Source: Escherichia phage vB_EcoM-RPN226. From it: a stretch of 64,000 nt of DNA. The notes under the pieces were generated by a model. It was not told where the DNA came from and made no database searches. It saw only the letters and a list, made by a program, of their open reading frames with translations. The position numbers and the translations under genes are program-made. Positions 42,464-61,200 of this stretch are shown piece after piece. The stretch lies in sequence record OL770073.2. One strand, given 5' to 3'. How positions within the stretch are numbered: the stretch's first letter is position 1; each line of letters opens with the position of its first letter.

Positions 42464-43021
42464 TCATTCTAGTAAATCCCAAAGATCTACGCTATTTCTT
42501 TTTGACTTTTCTCGGTTAGATTCCCAAGTGATTATTTCTAAATTTTTTACGCTTGCTATAATTTCCGGCGGAATTAAATTATCAAATCCATATTTGATAG
42601 ATACCTTGTGATCAAGTTGGTAAGCACCTTCTACGCCGCACAATCCTATTTTATCAGCATTCGGCCATTTTGACCAAATTTTTCTTATTTTAGCTGACTT
42701 AGTTATAGAATGAACTCTACTAGCATATAATGCAAACTCTTTTCTTTTACCAGTCCATCGAGGATGTTTATCGCCTCTTTGCCATGGTCTGCTTATTCCA
42801 GATTGAACTTCCGAATTTTTAATAGCAACTTGTTTAATGCTACATTTTCTACATGCATGTGTGGGTGTTCTATTTAAAAGCTGAATGCTTCTACTAAATT
42901 TAATACCACACAAATCACATTTAGCGTCAACTATTTTATTACTATTCTTTGGCATTAATTCTATTGGAACAGATATTGTATCATGATATGATACTTTATA
43001 TCCCAGAATTGTCGACCACAT
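42464..43021 (-). CDS. HNH endonuclease with N-terminal zinc ribbon, inserted between genes 18 and 19
   Basis: ORF with C-terminal YQLDHKVSIKYGFDN...WESNREKSKRNS HNH motif and CDLCG...CRKC zinc ribbon; start taken at the internal ATG (the track ORF extends to 43108 from a TTG). Confidence 0.7.
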   Translation of the reverse strand: MWSTILGYKVSYHDTISVPIELMPKNSNKIVDAKCDLCGIKFSRSIQLLNRTPTHACRKCSIKQVAIKNSEVQSGISRPWQRGDKHPRWTGKRKEFALYASRVHSITKSAKIRKIWSKWPNADKIGLCGVEGAYQLDHKVSIKYGFDNLIPPEIIASVKNLEIITWESNREKSKRNSVDLWDLLE

Positions 43022-43086
43022 TTTTGAATGATTTCTTGGTTTTATTGTAACAAACTTAGAAATAATCACTTGTTTCCTCGAGAATA

Positions 43087-43100
43087 GGGGCCGAAGCCCC
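43087..43100 (-). terminator. hairpin GGGGC-CGAA-GCCCC immediately downstream of gene 18
   Basis: GC stem-loop directly after the gene 18 stop on the minus strand; no clean U-run. Confidence 0.4.
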
Positions 43101-43108
43101 ACAATCAA

Positions 43109-45088
43109 TTAACCTGCAAGACCAGTTAACTCATCGAAATCTGCACCAGTAGCAGTTGCGACGAAATTAAGTTGGATATAATTTATACTACGAGCCGGTT
43201 GAATGTAGAATGTTGCAACAAACTCATTTCTATCAATTACTGACGGAGTGTTATTTGTTGTATCGCAAACTACACGATATTCATAAATTCCACCGAGAGC
43301 TTTAATTCCCTGCAAGTACTGGGAAGTTTCTGTGCGGAACGATGAACGAGTAAACGCGTTGTTTAATTCGAACAAACGATATTTTGAACTACGTCCGATA
43401 TTCGTTTTTAACATATTAAACAGACGACGAACGTTAATACGATCAAATGGAGAAGGAACAGAAGTAGCTGTTTTATCACCATACAATACGTAACCATCAC
43501 CACCTGTACCGGTTACCGGGTTGATAGCTTCTTGATATAAACGGTCGCGCTGCGCCTGGCGAGTTTCAATAGCAAGTTTAATAACGTTAAGAATCTGGCC
43601 ACGATTATAACCAGCTGGAGACATCCAAGTCTGAGAAACGTTATCAGTTCTTGCACACAAACCAGCAATATCAGCTGCTAATGGAACCCAACGATTCACA
43701 TCATTATATTTGTCATACTGATACTTGTAGTTACCATCGATTGCTGCATAGGTTGAACTGATATTAAAGTTGTTATCAGTGTATGAACCTGCTGCAGTTC
43801 TCCAATTGACTAAGTTATCAACAGCACGAGTTACAGGAATTCCAACTACAGTTTCACGCGGTGGTGAGCACAGTACTAAGCAATCTTGGCGAGCATCACC
43901 AATTGAAACGACGTGTTTTTGGACAGTAGATGCTGTTTCTAAAGATTCGCCGGCGCAAGAACCCGCAATAAACAACTGAACGTCAACAGATTCACGGTCA
44001 GCAAAGAAGTCCCAAGCTTCCATCAAATCTCCTGCTGTCACTTCAGCATTTGATGATAATCCACCAGACAGAGTTAAAATTCCAGAGAAGCCTTCTGGCC
44101 AGTTTTGCGCAGTTGCAAAAATATATTCTGAACCACCTTTTGCGAAAAAGTCATCAATATAGATGTTACTATCGTAAATATCTTTTTCACCACGCTTTGT
44201 TGAAAGAACAACGCTTTGAACAATAGCATCATTGCGACGAACTATAATAGCGTATTGTGAATCAGTTTGTGGTCCATATCCAAACACTGCCTTGGCAGTA
44301 GATGCGCGGGTTCCGCCGCCTGGATAAATTGGAAGTAATGCAGAAGCCCCTTTTGCGTAGTCAGCTTTAGATACGATTTCAATTTCGATTTTATCGCCCA
44401 ACTCGCCTGGATAAAGAGCTACTACTCCTGGAATTCCATATTTTTCGAGATTTGCTTGAAAGTCAACAGCTGTCATAGCAGCTTCGGCATTTTCAATTTC
44501 AGCTAATAAAATACCAGAATCAGTAATAATTTTTCCAAGAGTTATTACTGCAGCTAAACCAGAGGAAGACGAAGAAATTTCCGCGGTCCAGTTAGAACCT
44601 AATGCTGGATATTCGCCTACTTCTTTCGCTTTAGCGATAATTTTTGCGGTAGGAATATTAATTTTCTTAATTTTTCCATCAGCATCTACTTCGGTAACTT
44701 TACATTCTGTTTCAATGTCTTCTGAAACATACTTAACCGTGATTTTATCTCCAACCGCGTAGTTACTACCTGGGGTAGAAATAGTGTATTCAATATTACC
44801 GGCAATCGGAGATGAGTTTTTAGCGGTATCTCTATCGACAGCACGCACAACTCGCAAATCATTTCCGTATTGTAAGAAATTCATTGCAGACATAAAATAG
44901 TCAGCAGTTTCAGCTGTAGGTTGACCAAAAGTATTAACTAAATCTACTTCGTTTGTAACCTGTTTAATTTGAAAAGCAGGACCCCACTGGAATTTACCGG
45001 CCAAAGCTGCTGTACCAGTAGAGTTATTAACCACGGTGCTTTGAACCGTAGTTTCTTTGAGCTCAATGCCCGGAGATAATAAAGTCAT
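43109..45088 (-). CDS. 18: contractile tail sheath protein gp18
   Basis: 659 aa, same length as T4 gp18. Confidence 0.93.
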   Translation of the reverse strand: MTLLSPGIELKETTVQSTVVNNSTGTAALAGKFQWGPAFQIKQVTNEVDLVNTFGQPTAETADYFMSAMNFLQYGNDLRVVRAVDRDTAKNSSPIAGNIEYTISTPGSNYAVGDKITVKYVSEDIETECKVTEVDADGKIKKINIPTAKIIAKAKEVGEYPALGSNWTAEISSSSSGLAAVITLGKIITDSGILLAEIENAEAAMTAVDFQANLEKYGIPGVVALYPGELGDKIEIEIVSKADYAKGASALLPIYPGGGTRASTAKAVFGYGPQTDSQYAIIVRRNDAIVQSVVLSTKRGEKDIYDSNIYIDDFFAKGGSEYIFATAQNWPEGFSGILTLSGGLSSNAEVTAGDLMEAWDFFADRESVDVQLFIAGSCAGESLETASTVQKHVVSIGDARQDCLVLCSPPRETVVGIPVTRAVDNLVNWRTAAGSYTDNNFNISSTYAAIDGNYKYQYDKYNDVNRWVPLAADIAGLCARTDNVSQTWMSPAGYNRGQILNVIKLAIETRQAQRDRLYQEAINPVTGTGGDGYVLYGDKTATSVPSPFDRINVRRLFNMLKTNIGRSSKYRLFELNNAFTRSSFRTETSQYLQGIKALGGIYEYRVVCDTTNNTPSVIDRNEFVATFYIQPARSINYIQLNFVATATGADFDELTGLAG

Positions 45089-45116
45089 TTTTAATCCTCT
45101 TTAATATGCTTTAATA

Positions 45117-48257
<3,141 letters not shown>

Positions 48258-48298
48258 GATTTCTCCTAATCTGGGCTTTAATTAGTTTATAATATTTA

Positions 48299-50809
<2,511 letters not shown>

Positions 50810-50822
50810 TTAAAAATCCTTT

Positions 50823-50838
50823 GGGGCCTTGCGGCCCC
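50823..50838 (-). terminator. hairpin GGGGCC-GCAA-GGCCCC downstream of wac
   Basis: perfect 6-bp GC stem after the wac stop, followed by AAAGGATTTTT. Confidence 0.45.
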
Positions 50839-50841
50839 ATG

Positions 50842-52299
50842 TTATGCTGGTGATAAAAAGGTAGAAAGTAGTACCCATTCGCCGTCTTTACGAACGTAAG
50901 CTTGGCCATCTTTTGGAGCTTCAGGAATATAACCTGCTTCCTGTAAAGTCTGAACATCCCCCTGTAATGAAGATACATTACTTTTAATACTATGCATTTC
51001 TTGATTAATAGAAGAAATGTTAGTTTCATTAGCTTTTATTGAATTAGTTAATCCGCGCTCTTCTACTGTTGAACCATTTGGATTTGTGCCGCTTACTAGT
51101 TTATTTAGTGCAACAACTTGGCCTTTAATTCCAGTAGTGTTATTACCAATTTCAACTTGTAAGTTTTGAACATCATTGTTCAGTCTATTAACTGAAGTTT
51201 CAACAGTTGAAACCCTATTTAAAAGAGACCCAGGAGGAGAAGGCTGACCTCCACTAGAATCAGTTCCAACGATTTGGTTTAGCCATGAAACGTTTGCTCG
51301 TAGTCCAGATGAAGTGTTTTCACCAACAATTCCATTTAAAAACTCAATTGATGTTGTATTATCTTTAATTTGACCTTTAATACTAGAAGGAATATCATCT
51401 GAGCCAATTGACGTTTCAATGACAGTCAATCGTTGTTTAATACCTCCGCTTTTATTTAGTTCATCATTTAAAGCTGAAACTTCTCGTGTATTAGTGTTAA
51501 CATCTGTGATTATTGAAGTATTTCCTGGATATCCAATAGAAGTTTTGATAGATTTAATTTCGGAACTAAGATTAATCTGCGATTGATCTAAATTATGAAC
51601 ACGTGAATATATGCTTTCACTGAATGAAGATGGTCTTTGTCCAAGCTCTTGTCTAAGATTTCCGACTTCAATTGTCAGTGAACCTACATCAGATTCAATA
51701 AATTTTTCTTCCAAATCACTTAGACGTATTCCTTGGGAAGTTATAGCATCTGTATTATTAATGATGCGGTGCTTCATACCCGTGCTGCTATTTCCTACAA
51801 CAGGAAGACCATTAATATCTTGCCCAGCATATTGTCCTAATTCCCTTTTAATCCATAACAAATCATTTCTAATCGTTCTATAAACTGAATTTGCTTGCGA
51901 ATTAAATGGACCAATATCAGAAAGAATATTATCAACCGTAGTATTTGTGCCATTTAATATATCAGTATGTTCATTCGTGAGTGTCTTTAAATTTGATATA
52001 TCATTTTTATTAACACTGATCTGTGATAGCGCTTCTATATCTCCTGATACATCTAAAATGTCTTGAATGGTTTTAATATCTTCCTGAGATGTTTCAATGG
52101 CAGTTTTAAGAATTCCTACATTTTCGTCGAGAACCTCGACATTTTTAAACACAGAAACAGTTGGTCTATTCATTGACCCATCGTTTCCATACTTAGTACT
52201 AGCTCCTAATATTTCTTCACCATTTTTAATCCATGAAATACGTTCCTGACCTTCGCCAGGAACGCTATCAACAAAAGGTAACTCTTTTAATTCAATCAT
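50842..52299 (-). CDS. wac: fibritin (whisker antigen control)
   Basis: 485 aa; coiled-coil repeats and C-terminal foldon [27 protein letters not shown]. Confidence 0.93.
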   Translation of the reverse strand: MIELKELPFVDSVPGEGQERISWIKNGEEILGASTKYGNDGSMNRPTVSVFKNVEVLDENVGILKTAIETSQEDIKTIQDILDVSGDIEALSQISVNKNDISNLKTLTNEHTDILNGTNTTVDNILSDIGPFNSQANSVYRTIRNDLLWIKRELGQYAGQDINGLPVVGNSSTGMKHRIINNTDAITSQGIRLSDLEEKFIESDVGSLTIEVGNLRQELGQRPSSFSESIYSRVHNLDQSQINLSSEIKSIKTSIGYPGNTSIITDVNTNTREVSALNDELNKSGGIKQRLTVIETSIGSDDIPSSIKGQIKDNTTSIEFLNGIVGENTSSGLRANVSWLNQIVGTDSSGGQPSPPGSLLNRVSTVETSVNRLNNDVQNLQVEIGNNTTGIKGQVVALNKLVSGTNPNGSTVEERGLTNSIKANETNISSINQEMHSIKSNVSSLQGDVQTLQEAGYIPEAPKDGQAYVRKDGEWVLLSTFLSPA

Positions 52300-52308
52300 T
52301 TGTAATCC

Positions 52309-53859
52309 TTAGTAATGAATTTTAATAATATAGTTTAATGATATATTCCATGGTCTAGTTTCATAACCAATTAATCCTTCACGATTAAGTGTACCAAGGG
52401 CATCTCTCGGTCCACCCAATTCAAATCCATCATTAGTGAAGTATGAAGCATTATCCCAGTCGGCATATTTTCTAGTTCCAAGATATCCTTGATAAACGGA
52501 CGCACCAAATGGAGCTTCATGTCTTTGGTATTCTCCCCAACCACCAGCATGTTTATGGTATGACATTTGTTGTGCCTGAACGCCACCAACATGCATTCCG
52601 TCGCATCCTACACCAAGTCTATCCTTCCCATAGCCATCTTGTCCTCGTTGATTTAAAATATGACCGCCCGTGCCAGCTCCTCTGACGAAAAGACCTCGCA
52701 TATCAGGAATGCCAGGGTTATTCCAATCACCACCAAATCTTGTTCCAACTGTGTTTCTATAATCAGGATATTGATCTCCTGACACTGTTCCACCATGGCA
52801 CATAATCCAACCCGGAGGTGCTGAATCTCCCGCAAACATCATAATAGTTCCAACTGGAACCCTTTCTGACGCATATCTTTCAGTGGCAACAGGTTGATCG
52901 CCATTTTTCCACATTCCGCCGCGCGACCAAATTCCGTTTGCTGTAAGATGGTCTAAATTTAAAGAACCATTAATAGTTTGTCCACCACGAGTATTAATTA
53001 CATCTGCGTTCCATGCTAATGCACCAGAGCTATCACCTTCAGGGGCAATACCGGCTTGCGTCGTTAATTTTACCACCCCACGCATAGAACCAGTAGCTCC
53101 TCGACCATTTAGTGTTTCACCTGTTACTGCAACATCTCCTAAATTACTGTTAATTTCCGATTGTGTTCCTAAACGTATAACACCCTTATATTCTTGTGTT
53201 GCAACAGAATTCATAAAGGTATACGGAGAAATTGCATATCCTTCGCGGAGAGTTCCTTGACGAGTTTGCGCAACAGTAGATAATTGAACTACACCTCTCA
53301 CAGATTCTGATGCAGTATCTTCGGAAGGAGCTATTTGTGAAATTAATTTTATTGCAAGTTTTTGCGTTTTTAATGGAGTCATTGCCGTAGTATCATCAAC
53401 TCCAGCTAAAGCTGCAGGTGTAGATGATATTTTAATAACCCCGTTTGATGACTCAGACGAATATCTATTTTGGAACACATCGTCAGTATGGTATTTCAGT
53501 TTTTGCGGCGTTATTGATGAATTATTATCTGAGCCTTCTAATGTTTCTTCATTTGTTGAATAGCGCGTTAAACCATACTTAGTTTCAGTAGCATTTGGAT
53601 ACAATAATCTTGTTGCTAATGTAGCTGGTGTAACGATTTTAGAATTATTAGTTCCATCTAAAACCTCTTGCTCTGACGCAATCATTGCTATTCCTTTAAC
53701 TTCCATAGTTGCATCAGGAATACCATTTATGCCGATATTACTTATTTTTGATAATGCAGACTGCACTGTCGTGACAGTGTCAGGAAAATTCGATCCAATA
53801 GGATCGAATTTAACATATTTTGATTCATTTGATACGTGCTGATATGTATTGTTACTCAT
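52309..53859 (-). CDS. 12: short tail fiber protein gp12
   Basis: 516-aa ORF with T4 gp12-like repeats and C-terminal receptor-binding region. Confidence 0.88.
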   Translation of the reverse strand: MSNNTYQHVSNESKYVKFDPIGSNFPDTVTTVQSALSKISNIGINGIPDATMEVKGIAMIASEQEVLDGTNNSKIVTPATLATRLLYPNATETKYGLTRYSTNEETLEGSDNNSSITPQKLKYHTDDVFQNRYSSESSNGVIKISSTPAALAGVDDTTAMTPLKTQKLAIKLISQIAPSEDTASESVRGVVQLSTVAQTRQGTLREGYAISPYTFMNSVATQEYKGVIRLGTQSEINSNLGDVAVTGETLNGRGATGSMRGVVKLTTQAGIAPEGDSSGALAWNADVINTRGGQTINGSLNLDHLTANGIWSRGGMWKNGDQPVATERYASERVPVGTIMMFAGDSAPPGWIMCHGGTVSGDQYPDYRNTVGTRFGGDWNNPGIPDMRGLFVRGAGTGGHILNQRGQDGYGKDRLGVGCDGMHVGGVQAQQMSYHKHAGGWGEYQRHEAPFGASVYQGYLGTRKYADWDNASYFTNDGFELGGPRDALGTLNREGLIGYETRPWNISLNYIIKIHY

Positions 53860-54515
53860 GCTATTCTCTCAAAATAATAAAATACTGTAGGTTGTGTGTG
53901 ACTATCTAGCGTGACAGTTTGCGCACCTAATAATTGCCAAGTTCCGTATCCAGGTTTAGAAGGAGAAATTATTTCCTGTTTGAAAGTAATTCCTTTATCA
54001 GAGTATTGTTCTAAGATATGTTCTTGGTTATCTAAATACTTAACTTGTATTTTATTTCCTATGGTAGGATGGTCTTCAAATGAATCAATTGCAATAAATT
54101 TTGCAACCATTTCCTGTAGAGCTGTTCTAACGGCACTGGTAAATTCGATTGAAGTCATTCCGTTGGTAGCTTTAACAGGAATGCCAAACATGTTAACAAT
54201 AACTGGGTCACCCGGTTTGGCTGAAGTATCAGTAACAGTTCCTTCAAATGACCAATAGTCTGTTTGCTGCACGCCAGTAGGAGATACGCCGCTTATATTA
54301 ACTAATACAGCTCCAACTTGTTGCTCTGCCATATTTCTAACATCATTGATAGCAGATTCTACATTTGGGTCATAAAAACCCTTTGCTATTTGTGAAATTG
54401 TTACAGCGCCTACTGGCTGATTATTCATAACCGAAATATCATTTTTCTTAGTTCTAAAACCAAGAAAATCTGCTAAGCGGGAAATAACTCCCGCTTTATT
54501 ATTAAGTAAACTCAT
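53856..54515 (-). CDS. 11: baseplate wedge / short tail fiber attachment protein gp11
   Basis: 219 aa from the internal ATG ([10 protein letters not shown]), matching T4 gp11. Confidence 0.88.
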   Translation of the reverse strand: MSLLNNKAGVISRLADFLGFRTKKNDISVMNNQPVGAVTISQIAKGFYDPNVESAINDVRNMAEQQVGAVLVNISGVSPTGVQQTDYWSFEGTVTDTSAKPGDPVIVNMFGIPVKATNGMTSIEFTSAVRTALQEMVAKFIAIDSFEDHPTIGNKIQVKYLDNQEHILEQYSDKGITFKQEIISPSKPGYGTWQLLGAQTVTLDSHTQPTVFYYFERIA

Positions 54516-56320
54516 TATGCAATCCTTATCCAACGGTATACAGTAATAGACGGTTGAATATTACTAATATTAGCAGGAGGAGTATGTGAAGAGTTTGTTG
54601 TTGCGTAATCTTCACGGTATTTTGTATATATAGGACCAGTTTCATCTGGGTCATATTGGCAACCTCCAATAATAACCGATCCATTTTCGTCTTCAATTAA
54701 AACTCTTTCGTCGGTTTTAGTTGCAGGAAGATTTGCGTTTTCAAGCGTTACTGATGTTGTTCCAACCGTTCCACCGGCAGTATGTGAAGGATTTCCACTA
54801 GAATCTAAATCATTATTGTTTAAAGCAAAGTTTGGATCCGTAACATCATCATTCCATCCTACTAAAACTTGTCCTTTACCAAATAATTTCCATGAACCAA
54901 ATCCCATATAAGTCACCGGATTATTTGGATTTATAGCATTTTCATAAATTGAACCTACAGGATAAATGCTATCGAAAATAGATGATATTGAATTATACGT
55001 TCTAGTATAAGAATCAACTTTTTCAACATTTGGCCAACCGATTTTATCGAAATCTGTTAAGGCCACATCACCAGTAACTTCAGTAGATGATCCTTTGCTA
55101 ACATAGCGGTCATCAGTCAATTCAATAATGTCATCTTTTTCTAAAAGAGTTCCTAAATCGTTATTGAACCATGTTATAACGATAATGTCACCTGATTCAA
55201 ATTTTCTATCAAATAAAAGACTGGTAGGTTTTCCATCTTCATATTCTATAGAATAATCTGTGTTTGATTCTTTCCATTCGCCACCAAGAGATATACATCC
55301 TTCTTGTGTATCTGAACTAGCGCCTTCACACAAAAACAGAGGATATCCAGCTGTTCCAGCCTGCTGCTGTAAAATTCCATTAAAACGAACCTCAAGAGAG
55401 TTAGGATTAATGGGTTCACCAGGAATTAATCCAAATGCAGAAAATGGAATTGATTTCATCGCCGATAAATCAGTAACATAAATGCTTCCTTCTAAAGAAG
55501 TCTTTGATGTTAGTTTTGAATCTAGTACTTTTATTTGGCGTCTAGTATATGAACTTCTCCATTGTGATACACCATCCATAAATGTTTCAATTTGAACAGT
55601 GTCACCAATATTACAAGGCTGTCTTAATCGAATATTAAATCCATCAAGAGGAACTAATTCGCCTTCATTTTCGCCCGGAGAGCCAAAGTCACTGTTTTCG
55701 CTAAATACATCACCGTAATACAATTCGTTACCACGATGTTTTACTCTGATGTTATTGACATTATAACTAGTTCCATTAAAAACATCTAAAAAGTCTGTTT
55801 GCCCTTGAACTTCGACTAAAAATTCTTTACGAGCTACATTACTAATGTCTGAACTAATAATTTTATCAATTTGCTTATTTTTGACATACTCCCAGCGTCC
55901 TGGAGCGCAATAAACGAGCTCTAAATCACTAAATTGAATATTAATTTCAACTGACGATGACGACCCTTTAATTGTATCTCCGGAAGCAGCTACTAAAGTA
56001 ACTGGATTGATGTTCCATGTAGCGAATACGTCTCTAGCTCTAATTACCTTGTTGTAATCATTAACAGTTCCTTTAGGAAGTTGTAGAGTTACTCTTCCAG
56101 ACGAAGTATTAATGGCATATGATTTTCCCCATTCTGCCGTTAGTGTTTGTCCAGATGAAGCATTATAAGTTTTCCAGGCACCGGCTGAATATGGAACATC
56201 TCCATCACCAAGTTCATAATAAAGTTCATCAAAGTTTTCATTTATTTTTATACCACCTTTACGCAGGTAGTCACCGGTACCATCATCAACAACATTACCG
56301 ATATTAATATTTTGTTTCAT
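54515..56320 (-). CDS. 10: baseplate wedge protein gp10
   Basis: 601 aa (T4 gp10 about 602 aa). Confidence 0.9.
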   Translation of the reverse strand: MKQNINIGNVVDDGTGDYLRKGGIKINENFDELYYELGDGDVPYSAGAWKTYNASSGQTLTAEWGKSYAINTSSGRVTLQLPKGTVNDYNKVIRARDVFATWNINPVTLVAASGDTIKGSSSSVEINIQFSDLELVYCAPGRWEYVKNKQIDKIISSDISNVARKEFLVEVQGQTDFLDVFNGTSYNVNNIRVKHRGNELYYGDVFSENSDFGSPGENEGELVPLDGFNIRLRQPCNIGDTVQIETFMDGVSQWRSSYTRRQIKVLDSKLTSKTSLEGSIYVTDLSAMKSIPFSAFGLIPGEPINPNSLEVRFNGILQQQAGTAGYPLFLCEGASSDTQEGCISLGGEWKESNTDYSIEYEDGKPTSLLFDRKFESGDIIVITWFNNDLGTLLEKDDIIELTDDRYVSKGSSTEVTGDVALTDFDKIGWPNVEKVDSYTRTYNSISSIFDSIYPVGSIYENAINPNNPVTYMGFGSWKLFGKGQVLVGWNDDVTDPNFALNNNDLDSSGNPSHTAGGTVGTTSVTLENANLPATKTDERVLIEDENGSVIIGGCQYDPDETGPIYTKYREDYATTNSSHTPPANISNIQPSITVYRWIRIA

Positions 56321-57186
56321 TATTGAGCCACCCCGATTTTCTGCGTAGCGATAACTTTAACTGCTGCTCTCATACCGACAGTTGAAGAACTTATAGTCGC
56401 CGTTACATAATTTTCTTTAATACTAAATGCAATATTAGCGATTTCGTCTTCTTCGGTTTCATTCCCAACCCGCATGACAGCATATTCAGAAGAAATGACC
56501 GTTGAATTAACAGTATCTACAAGAATATTTATTTCTGCCGTTTTAATTTTTCTTCCATCTACCGATTGACACGTAACTAGTAATTTAGCCATATTGTATT
56601 CAGTACGATGAAATAATGGAATGTCAACTGATCCGGATGTAGAAATATTCCATGTACCTTCAGCCGGTGATTCCTTTTGGCCAAACATACTTTCAATAGA
56701 ATAATTCCAAACTGACGTAGAATTATCAGATGAAATACAACGTAAAGTAACTTTACTATATGGGCTAGTTACTACCAAATTACCTGAAACACCTTTAATT
56801 GAATCAATCGCTTGAATCGTTAAAGGATTGGTAACTGATATAGATCCATTTGAGTTAATAAATTCAACGCAATCACCAAGTTCGCCTCTTTCAATGATAA
56901 CTTTAACACCTACAGCAGAGGTATCAATATCGTGTCTAGTACCAACTTTCACCGGAGTTGCGTACTCTGTGATAGAATGCTTTTGATAATATCCAGTAGC
57001 ATGGATAATTTGGCCGTCAGCACCAGTACCATTTGCTACTGCCATTTTACGCTGATCGCCAAACGCGTTATAAATTGCATTAAAATCACTATTAATTTTA
57101 TTACCACCGTCGAATAAGATATCACCAGTAGAAGCGTTACCAATTTCGCCGGTATCAATCAATTTCTTTGGTTCTTGAATGAACAT
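56320..57186 (-). CDS. 9: baseplate wedge / long tail fiber socket protein gp9
   Basis: 288 aa, same length as T4 gp9. Confidence 0.9.
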   Translation of the reverse strand: MFIQEPKKLIDTGEIGNASTGDILFDGGNKINSDFNAIYNAFGDQRKMAVANGTGADGQIIHATGYYQKHSITEYATPVKVGTRHDIDTSAVGVKVIIERGELGDCVEFINSNGSISVTNPLTIQAIDSIKGVSGNLVVTSPYSKVTLRCISSDNSTSVWNYSIESMFGQKESPAEGTWNISTSGSVDIPLFHRTEYNMAKLLVTCQSVDGRKIKTAEINILVDTVNSTVISSEYAVMRVGNETEEDEIANIAFSIKENYVTATISSSTVGMRAAVKVIATQKIGVAQ

Positions 57187-57210
57187 AGCGGTTTCCTTAT
57201 GAGTTTATAG

Positions 57211-57218
57211 TATTTATA
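57211..57218 (-). promoter_or_regulatory. late promoter TATAAATA (minus strand) upstream of gene 9
   Basis: plus strand TATTTATA about 25 nt upstream of the start. Confidence 0.5.
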
Positions 57219-57226
57219 AAGAAAAA

Positions 57227-57244
57227 GGGAGCCCATGGGCTCCC
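57227..57244 (-). terminator. rho-independent terminator GGGAGCC-CATG-GGCTCCC plus TTTTTCTTT after gene 8
   Basis: perfect 7-bp stem followed by a U-rich tract on the minus strand. Confidence 0.6.
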
Positions 57245-57249
57245 TTAAT

Positions 57250-58254
57250 TTAAAATGTAAACAGAATATTGATTTCTTCCGTTTGATCCATTGCCATAAT
57301 AATAGGTGGCCTATTTTCCATATAAATCATTTCGCCCGAATGCCTCATTAAATCTTCCGGATCATAATAATCCTTTTCAGCTTTAACGTTTGGGTCATTT
57401 GGATGAGCTTTAGCTTCAAGAGGATTCGTGATTATTGATATTTGCCTAAATCCTTTATTTCCCGGCAGTGCAGCTTCAGGAAAATAAACTGAATCTAAAT
57501 ATGCTTTAAAACGGATAGTATTTGCCTTAACACGGTAAATTAATCCAAAATCATCTTGCTGCCATGTGAGATTATCTTCATACCCCCATCTAGTCGGATC
57601 TTCTTTTAATTCCTCAGGCCAAGGAACCACGATATATTCATTCGTGCATCTGTTTATAGATACATCAGGCGGAATCTCAAAAAGATATTCCCATACATAC
57701 CCGTCTCCAGGTTCGATTGTTCCTTCCGCGTCTCCTCGACCTTCAGGAGGAGTCATTGACCTAACAGAAGGAGTCCATTTTCCACCTAGCTTAAGGCATT
57801 CATCCTTATTAGTTAAAGACTCAATTGAGCACATTCCAGTATCAGGAACATCTAAACAACGATATACTAACCAGCCTGCGCCTGATTCGGTAGCGTTGTA
57901 AGGAGCTGAGTTACACACTACAATATCGTTAATTCTAAATGTGTATGGATCCGGATATCTAGTATCTCCCCAATCTCGACGAGGAATAACTGCATCAAGC
58001 ATAGATGGAAGAACCTTCACGGTTCCCATCATATGAGTCCACATGTCAGTTACACCTAACACAGAATCGGTGGGATGAGGTGGGGCAAATCCCACCTCAT
58101 TTTCGTTTGATGACCACGGTTCTGATCTTCCAAATGTAATAAAGATAGTGTTTTTATCCGGACCACTTCCAATTGAATTATAAAAATTCAACATTTTTTC
58201 TGTTCTAAATTTTGAAGTAACTATCGCACGATAGATAACACTTGAATCATTCAT
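57250..58254 (-). CDS. 8: baseplate wedge protein gp8
   Basis: 334 aa, same length as T4 gp8. Confidence 0.9.
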   Translation of the reverse strand: MNDSSVIYRAIVTSKFRTEKMLNFYNSIGSGPDKNTIFITFGRSEPWSSNENEVGFAPPHPTDSVLGVTDMWTHMMGTVKVLPSMLDAVIPRRDWGDTRYPDPYTFRINDIVVCNSAPYNATESGAGWLVYRCLDVPDTGMCSIESLTNKDECLKLGGKWTPSVRSMTPPEGRGDAEGTIEPGDGYVWEYLFEIPPDVSINRCTNEYIVVPWPEELKEDPTRWGYEDNLTWQQDDFGLIYRVKANTIRFKAYLDSVYFPEAALPGNKGFRQISIITNPLEAKAHPNDPNVKAEKDYYDPEDLMRHSGEMIYMENRPPIIMAMDQTEEINILFTF

Positions 58255-61200
58255 CTATTTTAACCTGTGTTGGATTTTCAGGGTCTCTTGGATTTCCTAT
58301 ATTATCTTTTAGACGTTTATTAACTAAATCTCTAAATTGCGCAAATGTTGTTCCAGATGCATCAAATAGAGGACTCATTAATTTACGTCGTTCAGATGGC
58401 AATTGACCTTGAAATATTGAATTGTTATTTTCAGCATTATAGTCATCAGGAAGAGGATATTCTACGCCAGCCATTGGGCCAGGCTCGTAAATTGCTTCGC
58501 CTGTTACTGAATCATGTTCGATTTCACCGGTTGGAGTTAATTTAGCTACTCTATCAGCATATTCAGTAGGCAATCCAGAATCCCATTTATAGTTTTTGTA
58601 TTTATTAATTATAGTCTCTGTATGTTTAAGAGTTAAACCAACATTAATAAACATTGTTAAAAGAGTAATTGCTATAAATCCAAATCCTACTGGATGAACA
58701 AAACGAATAACGTCAGATTTCCAACGGGAAGAAGGCAAATTGGATTTAATTTTCATTACATAATATGATCGACTTCTATTAATATAGTCTATATTATTTT
58801 GAAGCAAATCCTTCCCTTTAACTCCACGAATAATTTCGCCTTCAAAACTAGGAAGTCTTTCTGCTTTAACTTCTTGACCGGCAATCAATCTTCCCAAAAG
58901 ATTATGAATAGTTACGGTCCATTGCAATTTACCGTTAGAATAACTTCTTTCTATATAAGTAACATTACATCTTCCTGTAGCTGTATAAATTGTTTGTCCT
59001 ACTAAGTCTTCAGTCAAAGAATCAGATTGAACGATTATATCATATTCAGTACCAGCCCCAGATTCAATTTCAATTTCAACTTCTTCATTATAAAGAACTT
59101 TAAAAAGAAATTTGTACGATGCTTCAATTCCTTTAGTGGAATAAAAATCATAGCTGCGTGATTCGAAAAATCTTGCAACAGCATCGCGTTTGTCAGCATT
59201 CAAATAAATGTTTCTTTTATATATCTCTGACCACAAATATTCCCATGCATGCTCTTCTCGTGGATATTTGTTACGAATTAAATTTCGTAAATTGTTATAC
59301 TGAGTTCCATATCCATCAGAAAGATATTGAATATATGCTTCGCAAAATGCCTCAAAATTCGAATCCTGTAACAAATAAGAATCAGGCATCATTGTGCCAA
59401 TCAATGGTCTTAAATCAGGGTCAGCTAATCCACGCTCTTCTTCGGGCGACCAAGGAGTTTCATGCTCTTGGTTTTGTAAAAATGCTTTTAAAAATACTTC
59501 AGTTGGTTTCCAAATAATTTCTACGGTATCTCTAACACGATAGTTAAAATCATAGTAAGAAATTATTTCACCAGAGGCTTTATAGAAAAGCATCCCAGAT
59601 GCATATTTTTTAAATCCAGTGAATTTAACATTTGGCATTACTATAGTACAATCGCCATCATCCCAGTATTCATGAACTAATCTATCTGGTGATGTTTCAG
59701 GAATATTTTCTATAACTTTAGTGTATTTTAAATCAGCATAAACTACTACAACCCTATCAGAGTTGTTTATCCAACAACGTGTGTTAGATTTTTTAGACCA
59801 GTTAAAGAATGGTTCTGCATAGTATTTCATCGGCTGAGGAGTAAAAGTTTCCCAATCAGACTTTTCATCTGCTATAAATGCCATCATATGATAATGCTTA
59901 TCAGCTAGCCATTCACGAGGAAATTCATATTTAACAGCACCGATTAACTGATATTTCGCTGCAGTTTCAGGGTCATTAACAATGTTATCACTTAAAAATT
60001 TAAAATTACTCGAAGACAGAGAAACTAATTTACCATCAGTTGACATATTCGCATATCCAGGTTGAATACGTCTTCTTTCTTCTTCAGTGTTGCCAAAAAC
60101 TCTTTTCCATGTTTTCGTGGCATGATTTAAAACATATATTCCTTTATCGGCAGAATCAATTATTTTTGATGTTCTAGGATTAGCATTTAATGTTTCAACT
60201 TCTCCAACAATAAGAGCAAAAACTTTATCACCAATAGAATCCATTTTATAACATACTGCTTTAGGATTTCCAGTTATAGTCATCGTATCAGGTTCAAATA
60301 GCCTTTCCGAATATGTTGGAGATAATGGGTCAGAATCTATAGGTGCATTACTCGTTTTTATGTATCTAACTTTGTCTCTGGCGACAACGTAAATGTAATC
60401 ATCGGTGCAAGTAATAGCTTCTGCAATGCGGTATACATTAGCTGGCAAAGTCGCGTAAGTGGCAAAAATTTCTACATCAAATCCTAGATGTAATTGGTCG
60501 CCAAGTTTAGCAAATGTTATATCCTGCGAACTAAATCTGACATCATCAGCTGACCATCTAACATCAGTAGATTTGCGGCCATAGAAAATCTTGTCGTATC
60601 CTAGAACGTATGTTGTGTTTGCAGATTGGTAATATACTGTCTTAGATAAAGGATATCCTACGCGGTCATTGAAGAGTTTTACAGCTTTCCAAGTTTGTCC
60701 TTTATCATTAGATACTTTAACTACAGGTTGATAACGCTCAAAAAGATATAGAATCCCTTCTGATTCCATCAAATAAACTCGGTTAATATCCTTACATACT
60801 TGCTGAATAGAACCTTGTATTTCATGATACTCATTTTCACCAATAATAAAATTACTTATTGATGAAACATCAACATATGATGGGCTGAATTGAAACGATT
60901 CGTTCATCAATGCAGCCATTATAGTGTCATTGTTAAAATTGACATAGTCAGAATTATTAAGAGTAAATTTTTCCTGAATGAATTTATTAGCTAATTGCAT
61001 TTCAATCATGTTTTGAAATGTATAAGCGTTTGTAGCAAAAGTTTCAAACTCTTCAGTATAAATCCAATCAGACTGCTCAAAATCCTGCGCAGCTGTAGCT
61101 ACTCTAATAATGTACGATGTCAATGGATTAGCGTTATCAAAAAAGAAGCTGTTATTTGCAGTATATCCTAAGTTAATCCATCTGTATTGATTACTCGGGA

